Positions 26,295 through 34,616 of a stretch of 56,201 nt of DNA are shown piece after piece. Within the stretch, counting starts at the first letter, position 1; the number at the start of each line of letters is the position of its first letter. The DNA is from an uncultured Nitrospira sp. Its GTDB lineage: Bacteria > Nitrospirota > Nitrospiria > Nitrospirales > Nitrospiraceae. The position numbers and the translations under genes are program-made. The DNA lies in contig CAYHQK010000001.1 of the NCBI GenBank assembly GCA_964358535.1, positions 1 to 56,201 on the forward strand, in the 5' to 3' direction. The notes under the pieces were generated by a model. It ran no database searches. It was not told where the DNA came from and saw only the letters and a program-made list of their open reading frames with translations.

Positions 26295-26300
26295 TGAGTC

Positions 26301-27062
26301 ATGAGAATGGCCGAGCGAGACTGGCGGGACGAGCGGGAAAGGCGAGACTGGGGAGGGTTCTGGGTTCGAAGTTCGAGGTTGTCGAAACATCGAACCGCTC
26401 AGAGCGGAGCGTTCGCCATCGCTCTATTGCTTATTGCCCTGACCTGCACCCTTTCGTTCAGCTCATCGGCCCAGGCCTCGGAGGTCCCCACTGAAGTGGT
26501 CCGCGCGACGATCAACGACGTCTTTCGCATCCTCGAAGACGAGAAGCTCAAAGATCCGGCCAAGCGCATCCCGCGCCGGCATATGTTGGAAGAGGTCATC
26601 GCAGCCCGCTTCGACTACACAGAGATGTCGAAGCGGGCGCTCGCGGCCCACTGGACGCCCCTCACAGCCGGCGAACGGACCGAATTCGTCGAACTCTTCA
26701 AGAGCTTTCTGTCCGACCGCTATGCCGAAAAAATCGAAGGCTATTCAGGCGAACAGGTGTTCTACCTCTCTGAGCGGATCGAGGGGGACTATGCGGAGGT
26801 GCGGACCGAATTACGATCGAGCAAGGTCGAAATCCCGATGGACTACCGTTTGCACCTGAAAGACGGAACCTGGCACGCCTACGACATCGTCGCGGACGGG
26901 GTCAGCCTGGTGAAGAATTACCGCAGTCAGTTCGAGAAGATCATCCACTCGTCGTCCCACCAGGAGCTCGTCCGCCGGCTGCGCGAGCGCACCATCGGCG
27001 AGGAGAAGAAAAAAAAGCTTCACTCACAACGACCCCCCACGACCTCGCAGCCTGACGGTTGA
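26301..27062 (+). CDS. MlaC/Ttg2D-like (toluene-tolerance, phospholipid-binding) periplasmic protein; start uncertain
   Basis: Signal AFAIALLLIALTCTLSFSSSAQA then ...FDYTEMSKRALAAHW..LT..ERTEFVELFKSFL...Y...I; the first ~30 codons of the track ORF are encoded by a type-D repeat, so a TTG at 26379 is an alternative start. Confidence 0.7.
   Translation: MRMAERDWRDERERRDWGGFWVRSSRLSKHRTAQSGAFAIALLLIALTCTLSFSSSAQASEVPTEVVRATINDVFRILEDEKLKDPAKRIPRRHMLEEVIAARFDYTEMSKRALAAHWTPLTAGERTEFVELFKSFLSDRYAEKIEGYSGEQVFYLSERIEGDYAEVRTELRSSKVEIPMDYRLHLKDGTWHAYDIVADGVSLVKNYRSQFEKIIHSSSHQELVRRLRERTIGEEKKKKLHSQRPPTTSQPDG
26355..26396. repeat. Type-D (GGTTCGAAGTTCGAGGTT ... CGAACATCGAACC) palindromic element
   Basis: GGTTCGAAGTTCG pairs imperfectly with CGAAACATCGAACC; related copies 36189..36236 and a fragment at 13131..13150. 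Confidence 0.5.
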
Positions 27063-27377
27063 CCTCTCGCGAAATACGGTTATCTTATAAGTGAGCGGAG
27101 GCCTCGGTGAGAGGAACATTCAAGGGAATCGAGGTCAAGCGCAGGAGTGGTGAGCAGGCCCGCCGACGGGTGGGAAGCCTAAAGCTCCTCTAAGACCTCC
27201 ACAATACAACAGAGCTCTCTGACCCGCCCCCGCTCCGATTTTGTATCCCCTGCCTCGAAAACTCCCCAGCAGATGAACTTCTTCAGTTCGTGGTGTGTTG
27301 TTTTTATAAGACCTAGGCATTGGGGTTCGCTCTGTGAGAAGGCTGGACTGAGAAGGAAGATCGAATGGAACGGCTCG

Positions 27378-27496
27378 CAGAATGCTCAAAAAGCCAGCCA
27401 GCAAGGCCGCAGCGAGTGAAGGAGGCGTACCCTTTAGGGTACGTTGAAGCCCTGAACGATGCGAGAACGAAGCTGGCTGGCTTTTTGAGCATTCTG
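27378..27496 (-). repeat. Type-A TIR element, short form (119 bp), inverted orientation
   Basis: CAGAATGCTCAAAAAGCCAGCCAGC / GCTGGCTGGCTTTTTGAGCATTCTG perfect TIRs; central hairpin CGTACCC-ttta-GGGTACG at 27426..27443. Confidence 0.85.
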
Positions 27497-27852
27497 CCAA
27501 TAAAAAAACGGCCCACCCTTGTGTGGAACACCACGCCTGCCATCCAAACAGAGTGACGTTCAGCAATCCTTCAGTCGCTCAAGGCTGATTGCTCCGCGCC
27601 TCAATCTTCGCTCGGGCTCGCATTTACGGCCGTGCCTAGTGGCACCGACAATCGATAGCGCGTCCCTCGAACCATCACCCCGCTGCTGAAGCAGGAGCGG
27701 CACCCTTTGCACGCTGGCTGCACAAGAGCGGGTCAAACTCGCACCAGGCTGCCGACCTACCTAAGCTCTTTTCACCTCCCTCAATTTTCAAATAATCATT
27801 CTCTCCTCAAAATCAACGAGCCTGTGGTTGCCGGATACTGTGGACGCCAGCT

Positions 27853-29193
27853 TCACGGCCCTGACGGAGGTGGCGGAGGAATGACCCCTCCGCTGGTAAG
27901 AACGTCGAGCGCCTTTCGCGCTTCTTTGATTTTCTCTTCTGCAGACCGGCGCAGCTCGTTGGAAGTTTTCCGCAACTGCGCAACTCCCTGCTCTTGCGCT
28001 TTCAAGGCTGTCGCCACAGCCACACGCGGGACCACTTCCCACTCGTCCATGGTCGGCAGAATGTAGCTCTCGGTGAGTCCCCTGGCTGCAGCGCAGCTCG
28101 CCAACTCGTGCGCCGCAGCCATGGCCATCTCGTCCGTGATGGTGCGGGCCCGCACATCCAAAGCCCCGCGAAAGATGCCGGGGAAAACCAGCGAGTTATT
28201 GACTTGATTCGGAAAGTCGCTCCGCCCTGTCGCCACGATCCGCGCCCCCGCTTCCTGCGCCTCCCAAGGCCAAATCTCAGGAACTGGGTTCGCACAGGCA
28301 AAGACGATGGCATTCTTGGCCATCGTCTGAATCCATTCCGGCTTGATGATGCCCCCGGCTGAAAAGGCGACACAGACATCCGCGCCACGCAAAGTCTCAG
28401 CAATCCCTCCCTGCAGGCCTGTGGGATTGGTCTCCAGACAGATTTTCCACTGTTCTGCGTAAGCTGGGTCCGCTTCATAGTCCCGCCTGTGGCGTCCCAA
28501 CATGCCCCCAAGGTCGCAAGCCAGGATTGAGGCAGGCAGGGCTCCGCTGGCTGTAAGAAACCGGTAGGTCGGCACGTTGGCCGCCCCCATGCCGATCATT
28601 GCGATACGGATCCTGCCCATCTCCTTCCCCACGACCTTCAAGGAATTGAGCAGGGCCGCCAGAAGCACAGTCCCCGTTCCCTGCTGATCGTCGTGCCACA
28701 CAGGGATGGTACTGGCTCTTCGACATTCCTCAAGGATATGGAAACACTTGGGCATGGAGATGTCTTCGAGGTTGATCCCACCGAAAGAGGGCTCCAGGAG
28801 TTTGACCGTCCGAATGATCTCCGCCGGATCTTTGGTTCCAAGGCAGATCGGCACCGCATCCACGCCGCCCAGATACTTGAAGAGCAGCGCCTTGCCTTCC
28901 ATCACCGGCAATCCTGCTTCCGGACCGATATCACCCAAACCAAGGACTCTGGTGCCGTCCGAGATAACTGCGATGGAGTTCGCTTTGTTAGTGTACTCAT
29001 ACACCAGTTCAGGCTGCCGCTGAATCGCGCGGCAGGGGGCTGCGACTCCCGGTGTGTACCAGATCGAAAAATCCTCGATTCCTCGAATCGGACATTTGAG
29101 CGATGTTTGGATCTTGCCTTTGTAACAGGCATGGAGCCGAAGCGCCTCTTCGGCCGGCTTCTGGGCCTTCGCCAGCAATTCTTCCCGTGTCAT
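27853..29193 (-). CDS. NAD(P)-dependent malic enzyme (oxaloacetate-decarboxylating malate dehydrogenase), short form without PTA domain
   Basis: ...LSIWYTPGVAAPC..I......VYEYTNKANSIAVISDGTRVLGLGDIGPEAGLPVMEGKALLFK..GGVDAVPICL... typical of bacterial malic enzymes; ~40-aa C-terminal extension ending PPPPPSGP. Confidence 0.85.
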   Translation of the reverse strand: MTREELLAKAQKPAEEALRLHACYKGKIQTSLKCPIRGIEDFSIWYTPGVAAPCRAIQRQPELVYEYTNKANSIAVISDGTRVLGLGDIGPEAGLPVMEGKALLFKYLGGVDAVPICLGTKDPAEIIRTVKLLEPSFGGINLEDISMPKCFHILEECRRASTIPVWHDDQQGTGTVLLAALLNSLKVVGKEMGRIRIAMIGMGAANVPTYRFLTASGALPASILACDLGGMLGRHRRDYEADPAYAEQWKICLETNPTGLQGGIAETLRGADVCVAFSAGGIIKPEWIQTMAKNAIVFACANPVPEIWPWEAQEAGARIVATGRSDFPNQVNNSLVFPGIFRGALDVRARTITDEMAMAAAHELASCAAARGLTESYILPTMDEWEVVPRVAVATALKAQEQGVAQLRKTSNELRRSAEEKIKEARKALDVLTSGGVIPPPPPSGP

Positions 29194-29307
29194 AGGCTCC
29201 CTCTCTTTCCGCTAGCGGCTTACAAAACATCCTGCGCGCGGCGCCGCAAGAAGGGGAGGCTACGCGAGCCCGCGATGACCGGAGAGACGATTCATGAACA
29301 TTGCCGG

Positions 29308-29547
29308 CTAATTCAAACGGGATCTGCTTGAACTGGCAAGCACCTGTTCGGCTCCTTGGCGTACTTCCTGATGTTGACGGTGGGCCAGAATCACCTGATC
29401 GGCCCGATCACCACAGGTCACACAATGCCATTCCACCGTCCCTGTGTCAGTCGAGAGCTCTGCCACCCTAAGCCCGCCGCAACGATGGCAGCAATCGAGC
29501 GCCCGCTTCCTGGTTTGATTCGTTCTTGTCGTCGCAGTTCCTTTCAT
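29308..29547 (-). CDS. Small zinc-ribbon protein (79 aa)
   Basis: CCHRCGG...(18)...HCVTCG; strong SD (GAAGGAGGAG) upstream of ATG 29547. Confidence 0.55.
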   Translation of the reverse strand: MKGTATTRTNQTRKRALDCCHRCGGLRVAELSTDTGTVEWHCVTCGDRADQVILAHRQHQEVRQGAEQVLASSSRSRLN

Positions 29548-29596
29548 CTGCTCCTCCTTCTTTAACTACATGAGAGATAGCCGGCGCGAAAAGGAT

Positions 29597-30928
29597 TCAT
29601 CCTTTTCGCGCCTTGAGCATGATCCCCTGTAACACATCCCTGAAGCCGGGCCTCCCTTGCTCTTCAAGGCGATAGGTGACACGGCAGGTGGGCTGTTTAA
29701 TAGAGATGATTCTGGCCAAGTCAATCGGGGTTGCGATCAACACGACATCGCAAGGGACGCGATTGATGGTTTCCTCCAACTCCCGAACCTGTGCCGATCC
29801 ATAGCCCATGGCTGGAAGCACCCTGCCGATATGGGGATACTCGACAAAGGTCTGTTGAATCGTCCCGACGGCATAGGATCTGGGATCGACGAGTTCACTG
29901 GCCCCCTGCTGCTTCGCGGCAAGCACCCCGGCGCCGAAGCTCATGCCTCCGTGGGTGAGCGTCGGGCCATCCTCGATGACGAGCACACGTTTCCCCTTGA
30001 GCAAACCCGGATGATCGACGGTGACCGGCATCGTCGTTTCGAGAACCGTCGCCTTCGGATTGAGCTGCCGGATGTTCGCCCGCACCGCCTGAATCTGTTC
30101 CGCACTCGCCGAATCCATCTTGGTGAGGACGAGGACCTCGGCACGGAGAAGATTAACCTCGCCTGGGAAGTACGTCTGCTCGTGGCCGACCCGGTGCGGA
30201 TCGAGCAGGACGATCTCCAAGTCAGGAACGACGAACGGCGTGTCGTTGTTGCCTCCGTCCCAGAGCAACACGTCCGCCTCACGGGCCGCCTCACGGAGAA
30301 TCCGTTCGTAGTCCACACCGGCGTACACCACGTCCCCCTGCACGATGTGCGGCTCATATTCCTCCATCTCCTCGATCGTGCAATCCGCTACGCGGAGATC
30401 GTCCAGACAGGCGAAACGCTGTACCGCCTGTTTGACTAAATCCCCATAAGGCATGGGATGCCGGATAACCGCCACGCGAAGCCCTTCCCCTCGCAGCAGT
30501 GATGCAATCCTCCTGGTCGCAGGACTCTTGCCCGCTCCAGTCCTGACGGCGCAAATCGATACCACGGGCTTCGCGGCCTGCAGCATCGTCCGCCTCGCGC
30601 TCAAGAGACGAAAATCCGCCCCCGCCGCGATCACGCGCGACGCCCGATGCATGACCTCCTCATGCGAAAGGTCGCTGTAGGAAAACACCACTTGGTCGAT
30701 CTCCCGTGTCCGGATCAGCGACTCCAATTCGCCTTCCGGATAAATCCCGATACCATCCGGATAGAGAGACCCGGCAAGCGCCGGAGGATAGACGCGCTCG
30801 GCAATATTGGGAATCTGCGCTGCGGTGAAGGCGACGACCCGATAGTCAGGACGATCGCGAAACACCACATTGAAATTGTGGAAATCGCGGCCGGCCGCGC
30901 CCATGATCAAAACAGTCGTAACAGGCAT
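29597..30928 (-). CDS. Cyclic 2,3-diphosphoglycerate synthetase-like protein (COG2403 predicted GTPase family)
   Basis: VLIMGAAGRDFHNFNVVFRD...YRVVAFTA.QIP..., P-loop-like AVRTGAGKS; Met at 30928 (SD GGTGGAG) preferred over track start 30985, which abuts the promoter-like element. Confidence 0.65.
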   Translation of the reverse strand: MPVTTVLIMGAAGRDFHNFNVVFRDRPDYRVVAFTAAQIPNIAERVYPPALAGSLYPDGIGIYPEGELESLIRTREIDQVVFSYSDLSHEEVMHRASRVIAAGADFRLLSARRTMLQAAKPVVSICAVRTGAGKSPATRRIASLLRGEGLRVAVIRHPMPYGDLVKQAVQRFACLDDLRVADCTIEEMEEYEPHIVQGDVVYAGVDYERILREAAREADVLLWDGGNNDTPFVVPDLEIVLLDPHRVGHEQTYFPGEVNLLRAEVLVLTKMDSASAEQIQAVRANIRQLNPKATVLETTMPVTVDHPGLLKGKRVLVIEDGPTLTHGGMSFGAGVLAAKQQGASELVDPRSYAVGTIQQTFVEYPHIGRVLPAMGYGSAQVRELEETINRVPCDVVLIATPIDLARIISIKQPTCRVTYRLEEQGRPGFRDVLQGIMLKARKG

Positions 30929-30985
30929 AATGATATTCTCCACCAACCAAGGCCCTCGCCGAACCGGACTCCCCGCCGATAGCAA

Positions 30986-31001
30986 AGCAACAGTGATGCC
31001 T
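30986..31001 (-). promoter_or_regulatory. sigma-54-type -24/-12 promoter-like element (AGGCATcactgTTGCT)
   Basis: Canonical spacing; 58 nt upstream of ATG 30928, same strand. Confidence 0.55.
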
Positions 31002-31066
31002 CCATGAAAAGGCCTGTAGTCTAGGGCACCGAAGAACCTACCGACTTCACTGGGAGCTGATTGGGC

Positions 31067-31079
31067 CGCGACTGTCGCG
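31067..31079. promoter_or_regulatory. Perfect palindrome CGCGAC-T-GTCGCG between two divergent -24/-12 elements (candidate enhancer/UAS)
   Basis: 6+1+6 perfect inverted repeat; contains GCGACAGT (reverse strand), also present at 36308..36315. Confidence 0.35.
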
Positions 31080-31222
31080 AATCACCACAGTTCATGTTTG
31101 TGCATTGAGGCGCCTTACCCCTTCAGAATTTTCTTCGTACGCACCGCCCATGCTGGCATCTGTATCCTCTTGATTCTCTTAGCCATAGTAAGAGAAACTC
31201 CTCCGCTTCAACGCCGCTATTC

Positions 31223-31238
31223 TGGCTCGCCCTATGCA
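31223..31238 (+). promoter_or_regulatory. sigma-54-type -24/-12 promoter-like element (TGGCTCgccctATGCA)
   Basis: GG/GC spacing canonical, -12 block ATGCA identical to 32760 and 36431 sites; 72 nt upstream of ATG 31310. Confidence 0.45.
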
Positions 31239-31309
31239 GATACTTGTTCACAGCCAGCCGAGATCGCTCGGGATGGTTTTGTTCACGAAGAAAAGGAACC
31301 GCTGTGACT

Positions 31310-32149
31310 ATGCGATCAGGAGGCACGATCGGAGAGTTTATGCATCGCTACCTGGAAGTGGTCCCACCGGAGACCACGATCCTGGAAGCCGCCAAACGGA
31401 TGAAAGAAAAAAATCTCGGCTCCCTGCTGGTGGAGTCCACCGATGCAGAGGGTCGCATGTCCAACAGCTCCGGGATCGTGACTGAGACAGACCTGGTCAG
31501 GAAAGTGCTCGCCAAAGAAATCGATCCTTCGCGTACCATGGTGGACCAGGTCATGACCAGTCCGCTGCTGACGATCGCGTCGGATGCCTCCATGCTGGAT
31601 GCGAGCCATCTGATGAACACAAACTATGTTCGCTATCTCTGCGTCTCGGAACAGGATGAAATCGTCGGCATCATTTCGATGCGGGACCTTGCGCGCTATT
31701 TTGTCGATTCAGCAGGAGGCCCCGTCCACGACCTCGACAATATCTACCAGCCCCTCAGCGTGCTCATGCACAGGACCATGGGAACCATGGCGAGTGAACG
31801 GACCATACTGGAGGCGGCGCAAATGATGGCAGAGAAACGGATCGGCTCGCTCCTCGTGATTGAGGCTGAAGAAATGGTCGGGATCGTGACCGAAGCCAAC
31901 ATGGTCAGGAAAGGGATGGCCCCCCATCTCCCGGCGAACAGCACCAGCGTCGGGACCATCATGAATTATCCTCTGATTCAGATTGACATCAATCGCACGG
32001 TTCGCGACGCCAGCAGACTCATGGCCGAGGAACAGATTCGCCACCTCCCGGTGACGGAAGACAATAAGGTCGTGGGCATTTTATCTCTGAGGGACCTGGT
32101 GAAGATGGTGTCCGTGAGAGACAAGCCTCGGTTCCTTCGTCAGACATAA
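31310..32149 (+). CDS. Protein with four CBS domains (two CBS pairs)
   Basis: Four repeats of the ...M....V.......A...M......LLV.......GI.T..D... pattern; start at 31310 or 31340 (track start 31244 lies 6 nt after the promoter-like element). Confidence 0.75.
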   Translation: MRSGGTIGEFMHRYLEVVPPETTILEAAKRMKEKNLGSLLVESTDAEGRMSNSSGIVTETDLVRKVLAKEIDPSRTMVDQVMTSPLLTIASDASMLDASHLMNTNYVRYLCVSEQDEIVGIISMRDLARYFVDSAGGPVHDLDNIYQPLSVLMHRTMGTMASERTILEAAQMMAEKRIGSLLVIEAEEMVGIVTEANMVRKGMAPHLPANSTSVGTIMNYPLIQIDINRTVRDASRLMAEEQIRHLPVTEDNKVVGILSLRDLVKMVSVRDKPRFLRQT

Positions 32150-32400
32150 CGCGCGTCCTCCTTCCCGCCGCATGATGCAGTGAAATCCTCTCATTTCTAC
32201 CGTCCTATACCCGCGGCCACGACATTAATTTAATTTCCTTGCCATATACTCATGTAATGATTTCCATTAGGCCCCCTACTTGATATCGACATGAGAGTCA
32301 TCTGCATCTCTATATCTTGTGTCTAGAAATATGGACAGAAGAAGGATTAAGATGCGTACATTCCGCTAGTAGCTTAATCTTCCTATCCAGGAGGTGCACC

Positions 32401-32583
32401 GTGAACCTCGAAGGACCAAGACAGACCCCATCGTCCCAACCAATGAGTCCACCCTGCGCCTGCACACATAGCCGTCTCATCTCCGACAGTGTCACGGAGG
32501 AGGAACATCGAGCGGGGAAGGTACGCTGCGTCGAATGTGGGGGCGTCGTTCCAGATCCCTATCTCCAGGCCAAGAAAACCTAG
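32401..32583 (+). CDS. Possible small zinc-ribbon protein (60 aa)
   Basis: GTG start 6 nt after SD CAGGAGG; VNLEGPRQTPSSQPMSPPCACTHSRL...GKVRCVECGGVVPDPYLQAKKT (CxC ... CxxC). Confidence 0.4.
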   Translation: MNLEGPRQTPSSQPMSPPCACTHSRLISDSVTEEEHRAGKVRCVECGGVVPDPYLQAKKT

Positions 32584-32759
32584 GCCAGTCGCTGCGTTCC
32601 TTCATCCTTTCTGAGGTATTTGGCAACAGTCTCCTTCCTCGTCACTGGCCCTAAACTCCTCAACCTGCCGGATCGCGCACCCCCTCTTCTTTCCACTATA
32701 CGTCTGTAACTCCCTGTGCTACCGAGCTTCTCCCTCTCTCTTCACACAAACCCAGCCTG

Positions 32760-32775
32760 TGGCACCGACGATGCA
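32760..32775 (+). promoter_or_regulatory. sigma-54-type -24/-12 promoter-like element (TGGCACcgacgATGCA)
   Basis: Perfect -24 block TGGCAC, GC at -12 with canonical spacing; 45 nt upstream of ATG 32820. Confidence 0.6.
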
Positions 32776-32819
32776 CTACTGTTCTCGCAGCAACTCATTT
32801 CGTTTCCCAAAGGTGGCGC

Positions 32820-33062
32820 ATGACACAGCATGCGGTCGGCGAGGATCAAGTGATCGGAATCCTACAGAAAGTGCAGGTCTGCGCCCTTGAAGACGTCGAG
32901 CGTCAATGCACGAATCTGACATGGAACCAAGTGTTTCTCGCTGTCGACCGCTTGAGCCGAAGCGGCGAAATCGTGCTGATGCCCATAGGCCTTGGCACCT
33001 ATACCGTGACCTTTCCGCAGCGACAGGAAGGCCGGTCCGACCGACGTTCACTCCCATCTTAA
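32820..33062 (+). CDS. Small winged-helix-like protein (80 aa) of unknown function
   Basis: ...LEDVERQCTNLTWNQVFLAVDRLSRSGEIVLMPIGLGTYTV... looks like helix-turn-helix plus beta-hairpin wing; 18 nt upstream of hsp20. Confidence 0.5.
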   Translation: MTQHAVGEDQVIGILQKVQVCALEDVERQCTNLTWNQVFLAVDRLSRSGEIVLMPIGLGTYTVTFPQRQEGRSDRRSLPS

Positions 33063-33080
33063 TTCACAAGGAGGTTGTTC

Positions 33081-33554
33081 ATGGCTGACTTAACCCGCTG
33101 GGAACCGATGATGACGCGCTGGAATCCATTCAAGGAATTGGAAGATATGGAGAAGCGCCTCTCGAGCTATTTTGGTCACTCCGCTCTCCGGACCGAGACC
33201 GGGAAGGAAGCCATGACCGTCGCCGAATGGTCTCCACGCGTCGACATTACAGAAGACGACAAGGAGTACGTCATCAAGGCCGATCTGCCGGAAGTGAAGA
33301 AAGAAGACGTCAAACTGACGGTCCAGGACGATGTGATGAGCATCTCCGGCGAGCGGAAGTATGAGAAAGAGGAAAAGGGCAAAAAGTATCACCGTGTCGA
33401 GCGGTCCTATGGAAGCTTTATGCGAAGCTTCACCTTGCCGGAAGATGCCGACGGCACGAAGATCAGCGCGGAGTACAAAGACGGGGTGCTGAACGTCCGT
33501 CTGCCTAAGTCGGAAAAGGCGAAGCCGAAATCGATCGAGGTAAAAGTTTCGTAA
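33081..33554 (+). CDS. Hsp20/alpha-crystallin family small heat-shock protein
   Basis: ...WSPRVDITEDDKEYVIKADLPEVKKEDVKLTVQDDVMSISGERK........Y.RVERSYGSF.RSF.LPEDAD...I.AEYKDGVL.V.LPK; ATG 33081 with SD AAGGAGG. Confidence 0.9.
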   Translation: MADLTRWEPMMTRWNPFKELEDMEKRLSSYFGHSALRTETGKEAMTVAEWSPRVDITEDDKEYVIKADLPEVKKEDVKLTVQDDVMSISGERKYEKEEKGKKYHRVERSYGSFMRSFTLPEDADGTKISAEYKDGVLNVRLPKSEKAKPKSIEVKVS

Positions 33555-33570
33555 GAACGACCGACAAGGC

Positions 33571-33655
33571 CGCGTGAGACGTGAATCGTAAAACGTGAAA
33601 GGGCTTCAGAGGCAGAACACTCGGAAGGTCTACGTTTCACCTTTCACGTTTCACG
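33571..33655. repeat. Type-C-like (TTCACG-rich) palindromic element downstream of hsp20
   Basis: CGTGAATCGTAAAACGTGAAAGG pairs with CCTTTCACGTTTCACG; possible terminator/attenuator. Confidence 0.6.
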
Positions 33656-33672
33656 AATAACGGCCTTGGTAA

Positions 33673-33697
33673 GCTGGCGGACATTTTCAGCATCCAG
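33673..33697 (-). repeat. Type-A element terminus (half copy) immediately upstream of an SD/ATG
   Basis: GCTGGCGGACATTTTCAGCATCCAG followed by TTAAAGGAGGTGTGCGATG; same arrangement as upstream of the DUF2238 gene (6331..6371, minus strand). Confidence 0.7.
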
Positions 33698-33713
33698 TTA
33701 AAGGAGGTGTGCG

Positions 33714-33869
33714 ATGTTCCGACATCCTCACTACCTGGAGATTCCGTGGGACGGGCATTGGGAGCGAGTCACCACGGGACCTCACCGCCATCTCTGGTGG
33801 CTGATCGCATTACTGGTCCTGCTCGCGATATTTTTGATCGGCGTCGGCATCACAAGCGGGCTCATCTAG
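33714..33869 (+). CDS. Small membrane protein (51 aa), below the ORF-track cut-off
   Basis: My translation MFRHPHYLEIPWDGHWERVTTGPHRHLWWLIALLVLLAIFLIGVGITSGLI; SD AAAGGAGG 6 nt upstream. Confidence 0.55.
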   Translation: MFRHPHYLEIPWDGHWERVTTGPHRHLWWLIALLVLLAIFLIGVGITSGLI

Positions 33870-33898
33870 CAGCATCGACAAGGAAAAGGGGGAAAGAC

Positions 33899-34579
33899 GT
33901 GTCAGTGACTTTCAAAAACCGTGAAGAAGCAGGCCGTCAGCTCGTCCCCAAGTTGTTGCAATATCGTGACGACCCTCACGGTCTCATTCTGGCCCTTCCC
34001 CGCGGCGGAGTGGCGGTGGGTTATCAGCTCAGTCTCGCGCTCCACCTTCCGCTGGACGTGTTCATTACCAGAAAAATCGGCGCGCCGGGCAATCCCGAAT
34101 ATGCCATTGGCGCGGTAGCCGAGACCGGATCGCACTACCTGAATCAAGAGGCCATCGGCTCGTTTGGCTTGTCCCGGCATGAGCTGGAGCGGTCGATTGC
34201 AGTCCAAGAGAAAGAGATCGCCAGACGCAGGGACTTATACCGGCAAGGGCGCCCGCTCCCGCCACTCACGGGCCGCACCGTGCTCCTGGTCGACGACGGC
34301 ATCGCGACCGGCTCGACCTTCATGGCCTCGGCGCTCGCGATTCGAAACTTGCAGCCCCGCCGCCTGGTGGGAGTGATTCCGGTCGGGCCCCCCTCGACGA
34401 TTCGTGACGTTCGATCCCATGTCGACGAGCTGGTGGTGCTCCTGACACCGGAGCCGTTCTACGCGGTGGGAAATTTCTTCGTGGACTTCACGCAAGTCGA
34501 AGATCGCGACGTGGTGGAGTACCTCAACCTAGCCGAGGAAGCGATGCTCGCACGCATGCCCTCCTCGTCGGCCTCATGA
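33899..34579 (+). CDS. Phosphoribosyltransferase (COG1926-like), paralog 2 of 3
   Basis: FKNREEAGRQLVPKLL...ALPRGGVAVGYQLSLALHLPLDVFITRKIGAPGNPE...VLLVDDGIATGSTF; GTG 33899 (SD AAGGGGGA) gives 226 aa like the paralogs, whereas the track N-terminal extension overlaps the small membrane ORF. Confidence 0.8.
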   Translation: MSVTFKNREEAGRQLVPKLLQYRDDPHGLILALPRGGVAVGYQLSLALHLPLDVFITRKIGAPGNPEYAIGAVAETGSHYLNQEAIGSFGLSRHELERSIAVQEKEIARRRDLYRQGRPLPPLTGRTVLLVDDGIATGSTFMASALAIRNLQPRRLVGVIPVGPPSTIRDVRSHVDELVVLLTPEPFYAVGNFFVDFTQVEDRDVVEYLNLAEEAMLARMPSSSAS

Positions 34580-34616
34580 CATCTTGTTCACCAAGAAAAG
34601 AAAGGTAACAGCCGAC

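Noticed and set aside
27640-27655. TGGCACcgacaATCGA, very similar to the 32760 element
   Set aside because: It has CG instead of GC at the -12 position. No plus-strand gene lies downstream; the next gene is convergent malic enzyme.
16895-31060. AATCAGC(T) motif near several -24/-12 elements (16895, 25106, 25144, 31052 reverse)
   Set aside because: It is short, sits at inconsistent distances (one copy only 15 nt from the -24 block), and is absent from the other promoters. It is probably chance.
33040-33081. RNA thermometer (ROSE/fourU-like) masking the hsp20 SD
   Set aside because: Only about 4 bp (CTCC/GGAG) could pair with the SD, and there is no U-rich or ROSE-type motif. The gene follows another ORF by just 18 nt.
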